Source: Buchnera aphidicola (Meitanaphis elongallis)
GTDB taxonomy: Bacteria > Pseudomonadota > Gammaproteobacteria > Enterobacterales > Enterobacteriaceae
Length of the DNA stretch: 64,000 nt
Direction: 5' to 3'
Assembly (NCBI GenBank): GCA_039830015.1
Contig: CP140033.1
Location: forward strand, 105,233-169,232
Under the pieces are notes generated by a model, which ran no database searches, had not been told where the DNA came from, and saw nothing but the letters and a program-made list of their open reading frames with translations. Numbering within the stretch: the stretch's first letter is position 1; the number at the start of each line of letters is the position of its first letter. This document shows positions 38,745 to 49,346 of this stretch, one piece after another. The position numbers were made by a program, and so were the translations under genes.

Positions 38745-38827
38745 ATATCGGCACATAAAATATAATTAATTAAAATATTAATAGTAATATTAGTAATTTA
38801 AAATTTAACACGTTTTTGTGCCGATAT
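38745..38827. repeat. long-range inverted repeat between convergent rplY and yabI
   Basis: ATATCGGCACA (38745-38755) and its exact reverse complement TGTGCCGATAT (38817-38827) flank a 61-nt almost pure-AT loop. Pairing extends by 1 bp outward and by 4 bp inward after one mismatch. Confidence 0.7.
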
Positions 38828-38904
38828 TAAATTAATATTCATAATGTATTAAATTATAACAGTAAATATATGATAGTGAAAATTTGTGGCGATAATAAAG
38901 TTTT

Positions 38905-39654
38905 CTAAAATAGTTTATGAGTTATAATTATTTGTGGATAACGATATAAAATAAGTATATTAATTATCCCGAGTATTAAACTTAATATAGATAAGAATAC
39001 TAAACGTTTCGTACTAAAAAATTTTTTTGTATCAGTGTTATTATTTTTCTTTTCTTTTAATGCCGTCCAAATCAGCCATAAGCTTAACCAAAGCAATATA
39101 ATAATACTAAAGATTAATAATTTAAAATATGGATTATTTTTAATCGATGTAGTAGTGATTGCTATTCCTGTAATAATTCCTGGAAAAAAATATATGGGTG
39201 GCCATAATATGCATCCAAAGATCGTAGAAGAAAAAAATTTTTTTAAAGATAAATTTAACATGCCACAAACCATGGGAATCAATGGTCTAGTAGGTCCTAT
39301 AAATTTTCCTACTAGTATTGTTATAGCAGCGTAGTTGTTTAAAGTGTTCTTTATTTTTTTTAAGATTTGTTGGTTTTTTTTTAATAAATAAAAATTATTT
39401 AAAGTATTTTTAAATTTCCAACCAAGATAATATGAAACTATGTCTCCACATATGCATCCAATAGATCCAGCTGCCCAAGCTGAATAAAAATTTAATATTC
39501 CGTTTCCAATTAATGTGCCTAATGCAGTCATAAGTATAATTCCAGGAAGAAATAAACCTACTAATGCTAAGGATTCTAAAAATGCTACTATTGTTATTAT
39601 AGGCAATAAATAAAAAATAGATTGTGTTATTAAATATAAAAACCAGTTTTCCAT
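38905..39654 (-). CDS. yabI: DedA-family inner membrane protein (YabI-like)
   Basis: 249 aa. VAFLESLALVGLFLPGIILM and GKFIGPTRPLIPMVCGML match E. coli YabI VAFLESLALVGLILPGTVLM and GRFVGPTRPLVPMVAGML. Confidence 0.9.
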   Translation of the reverse strand: MENWFLYLITQSIFYLLPIITIVAFLESLALVGLFLPGIILMTALGTLIGNGILNFYSAWAAGSIGCICGDIVSYYLGWKFKNTLNNFYLLKKNQQILKKIKNTLNNYAAITILVGKFIGPTRPLIPMVCGMLNLSLKKFFSSTIFGCILWPPIYFFPGIITGIAITTTSIKNNPYFKLLIFSIIILLWLSLWLIWTALKEKKNNNTDTKKFFSTKRLVFLSILSLILGIINILILYRYPQIIITHKLF

Positions 39655-40216
39655 ATTTTCTCGTTTATTTTTTATAAAAGATTAAATGATGATAAAACTT
39701 ATTAGAATGTGAATAATGTTTAGAAATCTTAGAAAAGTATTGTATAAATGTTATAATATTTAAGTGATAATTAAGATATTTTTATTGATTAGCATGATTT
39801 CATTGTAAGATTTTTTATGTATTTTATGAATTAATATTGTAATTCTTCATATACTGTAGTTTATATTAATGAAAACATTTTAGAATTTTTAAGTAGCTTT
39901 ATGTATATAATATTATAAAACTATTTATAATCTCAAGCATTTATTATACAAATATTTTTAGTATAGAAAATCAATATTGTATTAAAGTAAAACAATATAA
40001 TTTTATATAAATGTATGATGTTTTTAAAAAATAGGCATTAATAGGTTTTAGTAACAATTATAATAGAACAAACCAATTGATTTACAATATTTTAAAATTA
40101 TGTTAAAATCTAGAGTTCTTTATTTTAATATAAATTAATTATATGTAATTATTTATTATTTATATTTTGTAATGTACAGTATCTTAGAATACAAATAAAT
40201 ATGATTAAGTTAGAGC

Positions 40217-41008
40217 ATGATAAAATATATTGCAAAAAAAAGATTAGGTCAAAATTTTTTAATAGATAGTGATGTTATTAATAATATTATTAGTAGCATT
40301 AATCCTAAAAAAACGGACATAATGATAGAGATTGGATCTGGGTTAGGTGCTTTAACACATTATATTTATAAATTTTTGAATAAATTATTTTTAATAGAGT
40401 ATGATAGTGATTTAGTTGCTCGATTGCGTTTGTCTTATCAAAATATTGATAAGATAACAATTTTTTCGAAAAACGTTTTAGAATTTAATTTTGTACATAT
40501 AGAACAGAAATTTTATGATTCTATACGAATTTTTGGGAATTTACCTTATAATATTTCGGTAGCAATATTATTATATCTTTTTAAATATAACAACATTGTT
40601 GATATGCATTTTATGTTTCAAAAAGAAGTAGCAAATAGATTATTAGCTTCTCCAGGTACAAAAAATTATGGTAGATTGAGCATCATATCTCAATATTTTT
40701 GTAAGATGATACGTTTATTTGATATTAATCCTACATCTTTTAAACCTATTCCCAAAGTTAGTTCTACTTTTTTAAGATTAGTTCCTTATAAAAGTAGGAA
40801 ATATTATGTGAAAAATATAAAGAATTTGAGTAAAGTGACTTCTTTGGCTTTTGGTCAAAGAAGAAAAATTGTAAGACATAGTTTATCTTCATTATTTAGT
40901 GAGAATGTTTTAATTGCTCTTGGTATTGATCCTATGTTGCGTGCTGAAAATATATCGATAATGCAATATTGTAAGTTATCAAATTTTATTGGTTCACAAG
41001 ATGATTAA
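40217..41008 (+). CDS. rsmA: 16S rRNA (adenine1518/1519-N6)-dimethyltransferase
   Basis: 263 aa. It has KKRLGQNFLID, the SAM motif IEIGSGLGALT and GNLPYNIS. apaH follows as in the E. coli ksgA operon. Confidence 0.94.
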   Translation: MIKYIAKKRLGQNFLIDSDVINNIISSINPKKTDIMIEIGSGLGALTHYIYKFLNKLFLIEYDSDLVARLRLSYQNIDKITIFSKNVLEFNFVHIEQKFYDSIRIFGNLPYNISVAILLYLFKYNNIVDMHFMFQKEVANRLLASPGTKNYGRLSIISQYFCKMIRLFDINPTSFKPIPKVSSTFLRLVPYKSRKYYVKNIKNLSKVTSLAFGQRRKIVRHSLSSLFSENVLIALGIDPMLRAENISIMQYCKLSNFIGSQDD

Positions 41009-41066
41009 TAGTTTATAATGATATAGAAATTTTTGTCATAAGATATTTTCGGATAAAACAAAAAAT

Positions 41067-41891
41067 ATGAGTACATATTTTGTTGGTGACGTTCATGGTT
41101 GTTATAACGAATTGATGAAATTATTAGAAAAGGTATCTTTTAATGAAAAATTAGATCATTTGTGGTTAACTGGAGATTTAGTAAATAGGGGACCTAAGTC
41201 TATTGAAGTTATGCGATTTGTTTCTTCTTTAGGCGTGAATGCACACGTAGTTTTAGGTAATCATGATCTTAATTTAATTGCTATTTATGCAAATATAAAA
41301 CATAAAAAATTTAAAAACGATATTATTTCAAATATATTAGATGCTAAAGACATTGATTTTTTAATTAATTGGCTACGACAGCAGCCTATATTGCAGGTAG
41401 ATGAAACGAGAAAGATTATTATGGTTCATGCTGGAGTTCATCCTTTTTGGAGTATTAACACAGCTAGAATTTATGCTAGAAAATTAGAATCTATTTTATG
41501 TAATAGAAATTATGCTGTATTATTTGAGAGTATATTTAACAATAATATTGTAAAATATATTAATAATTCGTTTCAAGAATTAGATTGTTTAAGTTTTAGT
41601 TTGAATGTATTTACAAGAATGAGATATTGTTATTGCGATGGTATGTTGGATATGAAGCATAAACAATCACCTGTTATTAATATGTTTCCTATGTTACCCT
41701 GGTTTGCAATAAAAAATAATAATTTAAAAAATTATTCTATATTTTTTGGTCATTGGGCTTCTTTAAAAAATAATATTACTCCTTCTAAAATTGTTTCTTT
41801 AGATACTGGATGTTGTTGGGGTGGAAAATTGAGTATGTTTTGTTTAGAAGATAACGAATGGTTTTATCAAAAATCTGAGATATGTGTTTGA
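41067..41891 (+). CDS. apaH: bis(5'-nucleosyl)-tetraphosphatase, symmetrical
   Basis: 274 aa with metallophosphatase motifs: MSTYFVGDVHGC, LWLTGDLVNRGP and LGNHD. Confidence 0.94.
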   Translation: MSTYFVGDVHGCYNELMKLLEKVSFNEKLDHLWLTGDLVNRGPKSIEVMRFVSSLGVNAHVVLGNHDLNLIAIYANIKHKKFKNDIISNILDAKDIDFLINWLRQQPILQVDETRKIIMVHAGVHPFWSINTARIYARKLESILCNRNYAVLFESIFNNNIVKYINNSFQELDCLSFSLNVFTRMRYCYCDGMLDMKHKQSPVINMFPMLPWFAIKNNNLKNYSIFFGHWASLKNNITPSKIVSLDTGCCWGGKLSMFCLEDNEWFYQKSEICV

Positions 41892-41906
41892 CAAGAAATC
41901 AATTTT

Positions 41907-42395
41907 TTATTTTTTTATGCGTTCTAAAATCTGAAATTGAAAATGTAAACCATTTTTTTCTATTTTATGTTTTTCTGAAAATATTGTATTCCAATTCATG
42001 TGTCTATATTCTGGAAAATAAGTATCTCCTTTAATATTAATTTTTATTTTTGTTAAATAAAGTTTATTAGCAGAGTATAGCATTTGGGAGTATAATTTAC
42101 CTCCACCAATAATCATTATTTCATTTTTGTTAGTTGCTAATTGAATAGCTTTTTTAATAGAACTTACAAAATGTACATTTTTGTAGCTTTCTATATCTTT
42201 ACGAGTCAATATTATATTTTGTCTCATTGGTAGTTCAGATTTTATGGAATCCCAAGTGAGTCTACCCATAATTACGCTTTTATTTATCGTATGTTTTTTG
42301 AACCATATTAAATCTAATGGTAAATTCCAGGGTATAGAATTATTATTTCCAATTACAAAATTTTCTGATATTGCTGCAATGATACTAATTTTCAT
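41907..42395 (-). CDS. folA: dihydrofolate reductase
   Basis: 162 aa. It begins MKISIIAAISENFVIGNNNSIPW and contains VIMGRLTWDSI and IMIIGGGKLY. Confidence 0.94.
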   Translation of the reverse strand: MKISIIAAISENFVIGNNNSIPWNLPLDLIWFKKHTINKSVIMGRLTWDSIKSELPMRQNIILTRKDIESYKNVHFVSSIKKAIQLATNKNEIMIIGGGKLYSQMLYSANKLYLTKIKINIKGDTYFPEYRHMNWNTIFSEKHKIEKNGLHFQFQILERIKK

Positions 42396-42456
42396 TATTA
42401 ATTTTAATAATTGATGCTAATTAGGTTAGATTAGTTTAAAGTGGAAATATATAAAA

Positions 42457-45400
42457 TTATTTTTTTAGTATTGTTTTGTGTCTTTCTTGTAAAGATATAA
42501 CATTTTTAATAGGACATTCTTTAATAGCCATGATTGTAGCATAAGCTCCGTTTAATGTAGTGTCATAATGCACTTGATACTGTAGTGCACTTTGACAGAT
42601 TGTTTTAAAATCAATAATGTTTTGATCACAATCGTTAGTATTTATGATGTATGTATATTCATTATTTTTTAATCGATCTTGTACGTGAGGTCTTCTTTCA
42701 TGTATTTTGTTAACTGTTCTAACGTTTATTCCATTTTTTTTTAGTGTTTTTGCAGTTCCAAATGTTGCATCTAATTTAAATCCAATTTTTTTAAGTTTTC
42801 GTGCTAAATCTAAGATTTTTATTTTATCGCTATTTTTTACAGAGATTAATACTCTTTTTGATTTTTTTATACTTATTTGTGCTCCTAGCATAGCCTTTGA
42901 AAATGCTTCGGAAAAGTTTTGTCCCATTCCCATAACTTCTCCAGTAGATTTCATTTCTGGTCCAAGTGTTGGTATTGATCCTCGAAATTTGTTAAATGGT
43001 AGTACTACTTCTTTCACTGAACAATAAGATGGGATGATTTCTTGCGTATAACCTTGTTGTAATAAAGTAGTTCCGATCATTACTCTTGCAGCTACTTTTG
43101 CTAATGCTATTCCAGTAGATTTTGAAACAAAAGGGATAGTTCTTGATGCTCTAGGATTTACTTCTAATATATATATTTTTTTGTTTTGTATGGCAAATTG
43201 TATATTCATTAATCCTTTTACAGAAAGTGCAAATGCGAGTTTTTTGACTTGAGATCTAATAACATTTTGAATTTCTATACTTAAAGTATATGCAGGTAAG
43301 GAACAAGCTGAATCTCCGGAATGTATTCCGGCTTGTTCGATATGTTCCATAATACCACCGATTAAAACATTTTTTCCGTCGCAAATAGCGTCTACATCAA
43401 TTTCTATGGCATTGTCTAAGTAATGATCTAACAAAATTGGGTTTTTATTTTTTGATGTTACAGTATTCTTAAAGTAATCTTTTAAATCATTTTCATTGTA
43501 AACTACTTCCATAGCACGTCCACCTAAAACATATGATGGTCTGATCATAATTGGGTATTTAACAATTTTAGATTGTATATAAGCATCTTGTAAATTTGTT
43601 ACAGTAGCATTAGCTGGTTGCATTAAACCTAGATCAGATACAATTTTTTGGAATCTTTTTCTATTTTCCGCTTTATCAATAGAATTTGGACTAGTTCCAA
43701 TAATAGGAATGCCCTCTTTTTCGAATTTTTGTGCAAGTTTTAGAGGTGTTTGACCACCATATTGTATTATAACACCATGAGGTTTTTCTATTTTGATAAT
43801 TTCTAGAGTTGTTTCTAGCGTTATTGGTTCGAAATATAATCTATTAGAAATATCATAGTCAGTTGATACGGTTTCTGGATTACAGTTAATCATGACAGTT
43901 TCAAAGCCATTCTCTCTTAAGGCTAACGATGCGTGGACACAACAATAGTCGAATTCGATACCTTGGCCTATTCTGTTTGGACCTCCTCCTAAAATAATAA
44001 TTTTTTTGTTGTGGTTAATAGGTTTTGATTCACATTCATCTTCCCAAGTAGAGTACATGTAAGCTGTTTCGCTTTTGAATTCTGCTGCACAAGTATCAAT
44101 TCTTTTATATACTGGATGTAAGTTTAAGTTATGTCTAATTTTTCTAATTTTTCTTTCGGAAGTTTTAGTTAGTATAGCAATTCTTAAATCTGAAAATCCT
44201 TTTTTCTTGATTGATTTAAACATAGTATAATTAATATTATCTATTTCTTTTATATTTTTTATACATTTTTCCATTTCTATTAGTTCTTTAATTTGGGCTA
44301 AGAACCACTTATCGATTAATGTTAAGTTGAATACATCATTTATAGACATTCCTAAACGAAATGCGTCTCCAATATACCAAAGTCTATCTGATCCTGCTTC
44401 TCTTAGTTCATAATGAATTTTTTTTATATTATCTGGTGTATTTTTTTTTATTTTTGTATCAAAACCACTTGCTCCAATTTCTAGCCCTACTATAGCTTTT
44501 TGTATAGATTCTTGGAATGTTCTTCCGATTGCCATAACTTCTCCTACAGATTTCATTTGTGTTGTTAATCTGTCATTACATCCTGTAAATTTTTCGAAAT
44601 TGAATCTAGGTATTTTGGTGACTACATAATCCATAGTAGGTTCGAAAGATGCAGTTGCATGCAATCCGATTAAATCGTTATTTAATTCATCTAATGTATA
44701 TCCTACAGCTAATTTTGCTGCAATTTTTGCTATAGGGAAACCAGTGGCTTTAGAAGCAAGTGCAGATGATCGAGATACACGAGGATTCATTTCAATGACA
44801 ATCATCTGCCCGTTTTTAGGATTTATAGCAAATTGAACGTTGGCTCCTCCTGTTTCTACACCAATTTCTCTTAAAATTGATATTGACGCATTTCTCATGT
44901 TTTGGTATTCTTTATCTGTTAAAGTTTGAGCGGGAGAAACAGTTATAGAATCTCCGGTATGTATCCCCATTGGATCCATATTCTCTATGGAACAGATAAT
45001 AATGCAATTGTCTTTTTTATCTCTTACTACTTCCATTTCATATTCTTTCCATCCAATGAGAGATTCGTCAATGATTAATTGTTTAGATGGAGATAGATCT
45101 AATCCTCTTTCACAGATCTCTTTAAATTCTTCGTAGTTATATGCTATTCCACCCCCACTCCCTCCCATAGTAAAAGAGGGACGAATTATTGCTGGAAATC
45201 CTATTGCTTTAATAGCTTTTGATGCTGTTTTTATATTGTTGACAATTATTGATCTTGCAGTGTTTAGTCCTATTTTTTTAATAGATTTTTCAAACAATTT
45301 TCTGTTTTCCGCTTTTTTAATAGCTTCTATAGTAGCACCTATAATTTCTACTTTGAATTGTTCTAGTATTCCATGTATACTAAGATCTAAAATACAGTTT

Positions 45401-45687
45401 AAAGCAGTTTGTCCTCCCATGGTTGGTAGAATAGCGTCTGGTTTTTCTTGTTTTATAATTTTTTTTATGATCTTCCAGTGAATAGGTTCGATATATGTAG
45501 AATCTGCCATATCAGGATCAGTCATAATAGTAGCTGGATTTGAATTTACTAAGATGACTTTATATCCTGATTCTTTTAAAGACTTGCATGCTTGAGCTCC
45601 AGAATAATCAAATTCACATGCTTGCCCAATAATAATTGGTCCAGATCCGAGTATTAGAATAGATTTTATATCGGTACGTTTTGGCAT
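42457..45687 (-). CDS. carB: carbamoyl-phosphate synthase large subunit
   Basis: 1076 aa beginning [30 protein letters not shown], nearly identical to E. coli CarB. The ATP-grasp halves are duplicated. Confidence 0.97.
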   Translation of the reverse strand: MPKRTDIKSILILGSGPIIIGQACEFDYSGAQACKSLKESGYKVILVNSNPATIMTDPDMADSTYIEPIHWKIIKKIIKQEKPDAILPTMGGQTALNCILDLSIHGILEQFKVEIIGATIEAIKKAENRKLFEKSIKKIGLNTARSIIVNNIKTASKAIKAIGFPAIIRPSFTMGGSGGGIAYNYEEFKEICERGLDLSPSKQLIIDESLIGWKEYEMEVVRDKKDNCIIICSIENMDPMGIHTGDSITVSPAQTLTDKEYQNMRNASISILREIGVETGGANVQFAINPKNGQMIVIEMNPRVSRSSALASKATGFPIAKIAAKLAVGYTLDELNNDLIGLHATASFEPTMDYVVTKIPRFNFEKFTGCNDRLTTQMKSVGEVMAIGRTFQESIQKAIVGLEIGASGFDTKIKKNTPDNIKKIHYELREAGSDRLWYIGDAFRLGMSINDVFNLTLIDKWFLAQIKELIEMEKCIKNIKEIDNINYTMFKSIKKKGFSDLRIAILTKTSERKIRKIRHNLNLHPVYKRIDTCAAEFKSETAYMYSTWEDECESKPINHNKKIIILGGGPNRIGQGIEFDYCCVHASLALRENGFETVMINCNPETVSTDYDISNRLYFEPITLETTLEIIKIEKPHGVIIQYGGQTPLKLAQKFEKEGIPIIGTSPNSIDKAENRKRFQKIVSDLGLMQPANATVTNLQDAYIQSKIVKYPIMIRPSYVLGGRAMEVVYNENDLKDYFKNTVTSKNKNPILLDHYLDNAIEIDVDAICDGKNVLIGGIMEHIEQAGIHSGDSACSLPAYTLSIEIQNVIRSQVKKLAFALSVKGLMNIQFAIQNKKIYILEVNPRASRTIPFVSKSTGIALAKVAARVMIGTTLLQQGYTQEIIPSYCSVKEVVLPFNKFRGSIPTLGPEMKSTGEVMGMGQNFSEAFSKAMLGAQISIKKSKRVLISVKNSDKIKILDLARKLKKIGFKLDATFGTAKTLKKNGINVRTVNKIHERRPHVQDRLKNNEYTYIINTNDCDQNIIDFKTICQSALQYQVHYDTTLNGAYATIMAIKECPIKNVISLQERHKTILKK

Positions 45688-46859
45688 TTTTCCTCTTTAT
45701 GGTTGATATGATAATTGTGATTTTTTATAAGAGTTATAAATTTGTCAAATAGTAGCATGGAATCGTGAGGACCTGGACTAGCTTCGGGATGTCCTTGGAA
45801 ACTAAATGCATTTTTGTCTATTCTATGTAATCCTTGTATACTTCCATCAAATAGAGAAATGTGTGTAATTCGAATATGTTTTGGAATACTTTTAGGATTT
45901 ACTGTAAAATTATGATTTTGTGAAGTAATCATAACAGTATTAGAGCTTAGTTCTTTTACTGGATGGTTTCCTCCATGGTGTCCAAATTTCATTTTTATTA
46001 TTTGTGCTCCACTAGCTAAAGCTAATAATTGATGTCCTAAGCAAATTCCAAACATCGGAATATTGATTTCTAAAAATTTTTTTATGGCGTTGACAGCGTA
46101 ATTACATGGTCTTGGATCTCCTGGTCCATTAGATAAAAAAATTCCATCGGGCAATAATTTTAAAACTTCTTTAGCTGGAGTTTGTGCAGGTACGATTGTT
46201 AAGTGACATCCTCTTTCTACTAACATTTTTAATATGTTTTGTTTTACTCCAAAATCATATACTACAATATGCAATGTTGGTGTTTTTTGAGTTGATAAAG
46301 TTGTTAAGTGTTTTTGAATATAGGTGTTTTTTTTATTCCATATGTAAGGAAGTTTTGTACTTATTATTTTTGCTAGGTCTATTTTTTTGAAACTATACGA
46401 ACTATGAATTTTTTTTAATATTTTAGGAATACTAAATTTGTTTTTTGTAACTATGCAACCATATTGAGATCCAGAAGTCCTAAGTATTCTTGTTAACTTT
46501 CTTGTATCAATATCTGAAATAGCTATAATTTTATTATTAATTAAATAAGTTGACAAACTTATTTCACTTTTATAATTGCTGGGAATAATAGAGAGATCAC
46601 GAACAATTAATCCTTTTGCATGCACAATTTTGGATTCATAATCATCTTTGTTTATTCCAACGTTACCTATGTGTGGATATGTAAAAGTAATAATTTGATT
46701 TAAATATGATGGATCTGTTAGAATTTCTTGATATCCTGTCATAGATGTATTGAATACAACTTCTCCTAGTGTTTCCCCTGAAACGCCAATTGATTTTCCA
46801 TAAAATATAGTCCCGTCTTTTAGAATTAAAACAGCTTCTGATGATGACGTTGTTGTCAT
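45666..46859 (-). CDS. carA: carbamoyl-phosphate synthase small (glutaminase) subunit
   Basis: I placed the start at ATG 46859 ([17 protein letters not shown]). [20 protein letters not shown] and [15 protein letters not shown] are conserved. The 3' end overlaps the carB start by 22 nt. The track start at 46931 is an extension. Confidence 0.95.
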   Translation of the reverse strand: MTTTSSSEAVLILKDGTIFYGKSIGVSGETLGEVVFNTSMTGYQEILTDPSYLNQIITFTYPHIGNVGINKDDYESKIVHAKGLIVRDLSIIPSNYKSEISLSTYLINNKIIAISDIDTRKLTRILRTSGSQYGCIVTKNKFSIPKILKKIHSSYSFKKIDLAKIISTKLPYIWNKKNTYIQKHLTTLSTQKTPTLHIVVYDFGVKQNILKMLVERGCHLTIVPAQTPAKEVLKLLPDGIFLSNGPGDPRPCNYAVNAIKKFLEINIPMFGICLGHQLLALASGAQIIKMKFGHHGGNHPVKELSSNTVMITSQNHNFTVNPKSIPKHIRITHISLFDGSIQGLHRIDKNAFSFQGHPEASPGPHDSMLLFDKFITLIKNHNYHINHKEEKCQNVPI

Positions 46860-46969
46860 ATTCAAAAATATTCTCCAATAAGAAAACATAACTAGAAATA
46901 TATCTTCTAGTAAATATTTATTTATATTCATAGTTAATACAGATCATTTATTTTATATATAAAATAAAA

Positions 46970-47791
46970 TTATATATTTAGTACATCAAACATGTTGAAT
47001 AATCCTATTTCATTTGTTGACATTAGCCATATTGCGGCTTTTATAGCTCCTTTTGAAAAAATTGATCTATTTGTTGCTTTATGTATAATTTCGATGCGTT
47101 CTCCAAGAGTTGCAAAAATGACTTTATGATCTCCTATTGTATCACCGGCACGTATTGTTGAGAAACCAATTTCATCTTTTTTTCTTTTTCCTATTAATCC
47201 TTTTCTCATATATACAGCTTTCTTTTTGAAGTTCCAGTTCATTTCTTGTGATATTATTTCTCCCATTTTTATAGCTGTTCCGGAAGGAGCATCTTTTTTT
47301 TCACGATGATGTGCTTCGATAATTTCAATGTCAGAATATTGTCCTATAATGGAAGTAGTTTTCTTTAATAAATGTAACATTAAATTAATTCCGATGCTAT
47401 AATTTGGAGAAAAAACAATACCAACTTTTTTTGATAATATTTTGATGGTATTTATGTCTTCTGCGGATAGTCCTGTTGTTCCAATCACAATTTTTTTATT
47501 ATTTAAAGCGCAAATTTTTAAATGTTCTATTGTACTTTTAGGATTGGTAAAATCTATTAGGACATCAAAGTTATTAATTTCTTGTTTTAGAGAATCAGAA
47601 ATAATAACGTTAGTATTGTTTGTTCCTATTACTTTTTTTATGTTTTCTTGAATTGAAGTGTGTTTTTTTTTTACTATAGCAACATTAAGAGAGATGTTGT
47701 TATAGTTGTTTGTACGTATCTCTTTAATTAAGTTTGTTCCCATTTTACCAAGAGCACCGGATATAGCAATCTTAAATGGTTTATTTTGCAT
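46970..47791 (-). CDS. dapB: 4-hydroxy-tetrahydrodipicolinate reductase
   Basis: 273 aa. It has the NAD fold AISGALGKMG and the motif EAHHREKKDAPSGTA. Confidence 0.94.
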   Translation of the reverse strand: MQNKPFKIAISGALGKMGTNLIKEIRTNNYNNISLNVAIVKKKHTSIQENIKKVIGTNNTNVIISDSLKQEINNFDVLIDFTNPKSTIEHLKICALNNKKIVIGTTGLSAEDINTIKILSKKVGIVFSPNYSIGINLMLHLLKKTTSIIGQYSDIEIIEAHHREKKDAPSGTAIKMGEIISQEMNWNFKKKAVYMRKGLIGKRKKDEIGFSTIRAGDTIGDHKVIFATLGERIEIIHKATNRSIFSKGAIKAAIWLMSTNEIGLFNMFDVLNI

Positions 47792-47815
47792 TTTTGTTTC
47801 CTGAGTAATAAAGAA

Positions 47816-48769
47816 TTATTTGTTTTTTCTAATACACTTCAGTTCTTTTGGAATGCGAAATATAATATTTTCACTAATTCCAGTAATTTCTTGTATAGTA
47901 GTGTTTTTGATTGTGCTTAGCTTTTTGATTATTTGTTTTATTATAATGTTTGGAGTGGAAGCTCCAGCTGTTATTCCAATAGACCGAGAATTTTTAATAA
48001 TCCAATCGTTTGTATGAATTTCATTTTTAGAGTCTATTAAAATAGAATGTTTTCCTGTTTTTTTCGCTAATTGGACTAATTGATTAGAATTAGAAGAATA
48101 TCTTGAACCTATTACAATAATAGTGTCAGATATCTTTGATAATTTTTTAACTGCTATTTGACGATTAATGGTTGCATAGCAAACATCTGTTTTTTTTGAA
48201 TTAATAATATTAGGATATTTTTTTTTCAGTGCTGTAATAATAGGATTAATTTTTTCTAAAGATAGTGTAGTTTGAGTCATTAGCATTAATTTATTTGAAT
48301 TTTTAACTTTTAATTTTGACACATCTTTAACTGATTCTATAAGATAAATTTTTCCATGAATGTTATCATATTGCCCTAGTGTTCCTTCGATTTCTGGATG
48401 TTTAGCTGTTCCTATAAGTACAGCTTCAAAGCCTAATTTGCTAGCTTTTGATACTTTTTTATGAACTTTTTCGACTAGTGGACAGGTTGCATCAATTATT
48501 TTTAATTTTCTTTTTATAGCTTTATTTTTTAGATTTTTAGATACTCCATGTGCTGAAAGAATTAGTATTGATCCTTTTGGAATAGAATTAATATGTTCAT
48601 TAAAAATAACACCTCTAGATTTTAAATCATTGATGACGTATGTATTATGTACTATTTCGTGATTGACGTAAATAGGTTTTCCCCAGACTTTTAATGCAGT
48701 ATTAACAATATTGATTGCTCTTTTTACTCCTGCACAAAATCCTCTTGGATTTGCTAAAAAAATATTCAT
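47816..48769 (-). CDS. ispH: 4-hydroxy-3-methylbut-2-enyl diphosphate reductase
   Basis: I placed the start at ATG 48769, giving MNIFLANPRGFCAGVKRAI (E. coli IspH begins MQILLANPRGFCAGVDRAI) and 317 aa. Confidence 0.95.
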   Translation of the reverse strand: MNIFLANPRGFCAGVKRAINIVNTALKVWGKPIYVNHEIVHNTYVINDLKSRGVIFNEHINSIPKGSILILSAHGVSKNLKNKAIKRKLKIIDATCPLVEKVHKKVSKASKLGFEAVLIGTAKHPEIEGTLGQYDNIHGKIYLIESVKDVSKLKVKNSNKLMLMTQTTLSLEKINPIITALKKKYPNIINSKKTDVCYATINRQIAVKKLSKISDTIIVIGSRYSSNSNQLVQLAKKTGKHSILIDSKNEIHTNDWIIKNSRSIGITAGASTPNIIIKQIIKKLSTIKNTTIQEITGISENIIFRIPKELKCIRKNK

Positions 48770-48860
48770 ATGTATGTACAAAATTTTAAGTAAATATTGT
48801 TATTTAATTATTTTATATTTATGTAAAATATATTATGTAAGTGTTAGTATATGTTTTATT

Positions 48861-49346
48861 TCATTTGTTCTTGTAAAGGTGAATGTATATTAGTAGGATG
48901 CTGCCTAAAAAAATACTTATGTCCGCTATATTAAATATAGCAAAATGCCAATTTTTAAAGTGAATATCAATAAAATCTATTACGAAACCAAAACGTAATC
49001 GATCTATTAAGTTCCCGATTGCTCCGCCAATTATTAAAATATAAATGAAATTGTAATATGTTTTATTGCTTGAAATAAAACACATAATCTTCGATATTAT
49101 AATAATAGTTATAAAATTTATAAAATATAAGATATATTTATGTTCTTTGCTAACATTGGAAAAAAGGCTAAATGCTAATCCATAGTTGTGTGTATGAACA
49201 ATGTTTAATGTTGAAGTAATATGTGTAACTTCAAATAATGGAAAATTATTACTTATCCATCTTTTACTTAAAAAATCTAATAGTGTTATTAGAAAAATAC
49301 TATTTAATAAAATTAGTATGTTTAATGGGGTTAGTGATTTTTTCAT
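48861..49346 (-). CDS. lspA: lipoprotein signal peptidase (signal peptidase II)
   Basis: 161 aa, membrane protein. It has the motif [10 protein letters not shown], followed by VIDFIDIH and FNIADISI. The start overlaps the ileS stop as TAATG. Confidence 0.92.
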   Translation of the reverse strand: MKKSLTPLNILILLNSIFLITLLDFLSKRWISNNFPLFEVTHITSTLNIVHTHNYGLAFSLFSNVSKEHKYILYFINFITIIIISKIMCFISSNKTYYNFIYILIIGGAIGNLIDRLRFGFVIDFIDIHFKNWHFAIFNIADISIFLGSILLIYIHLYKNK

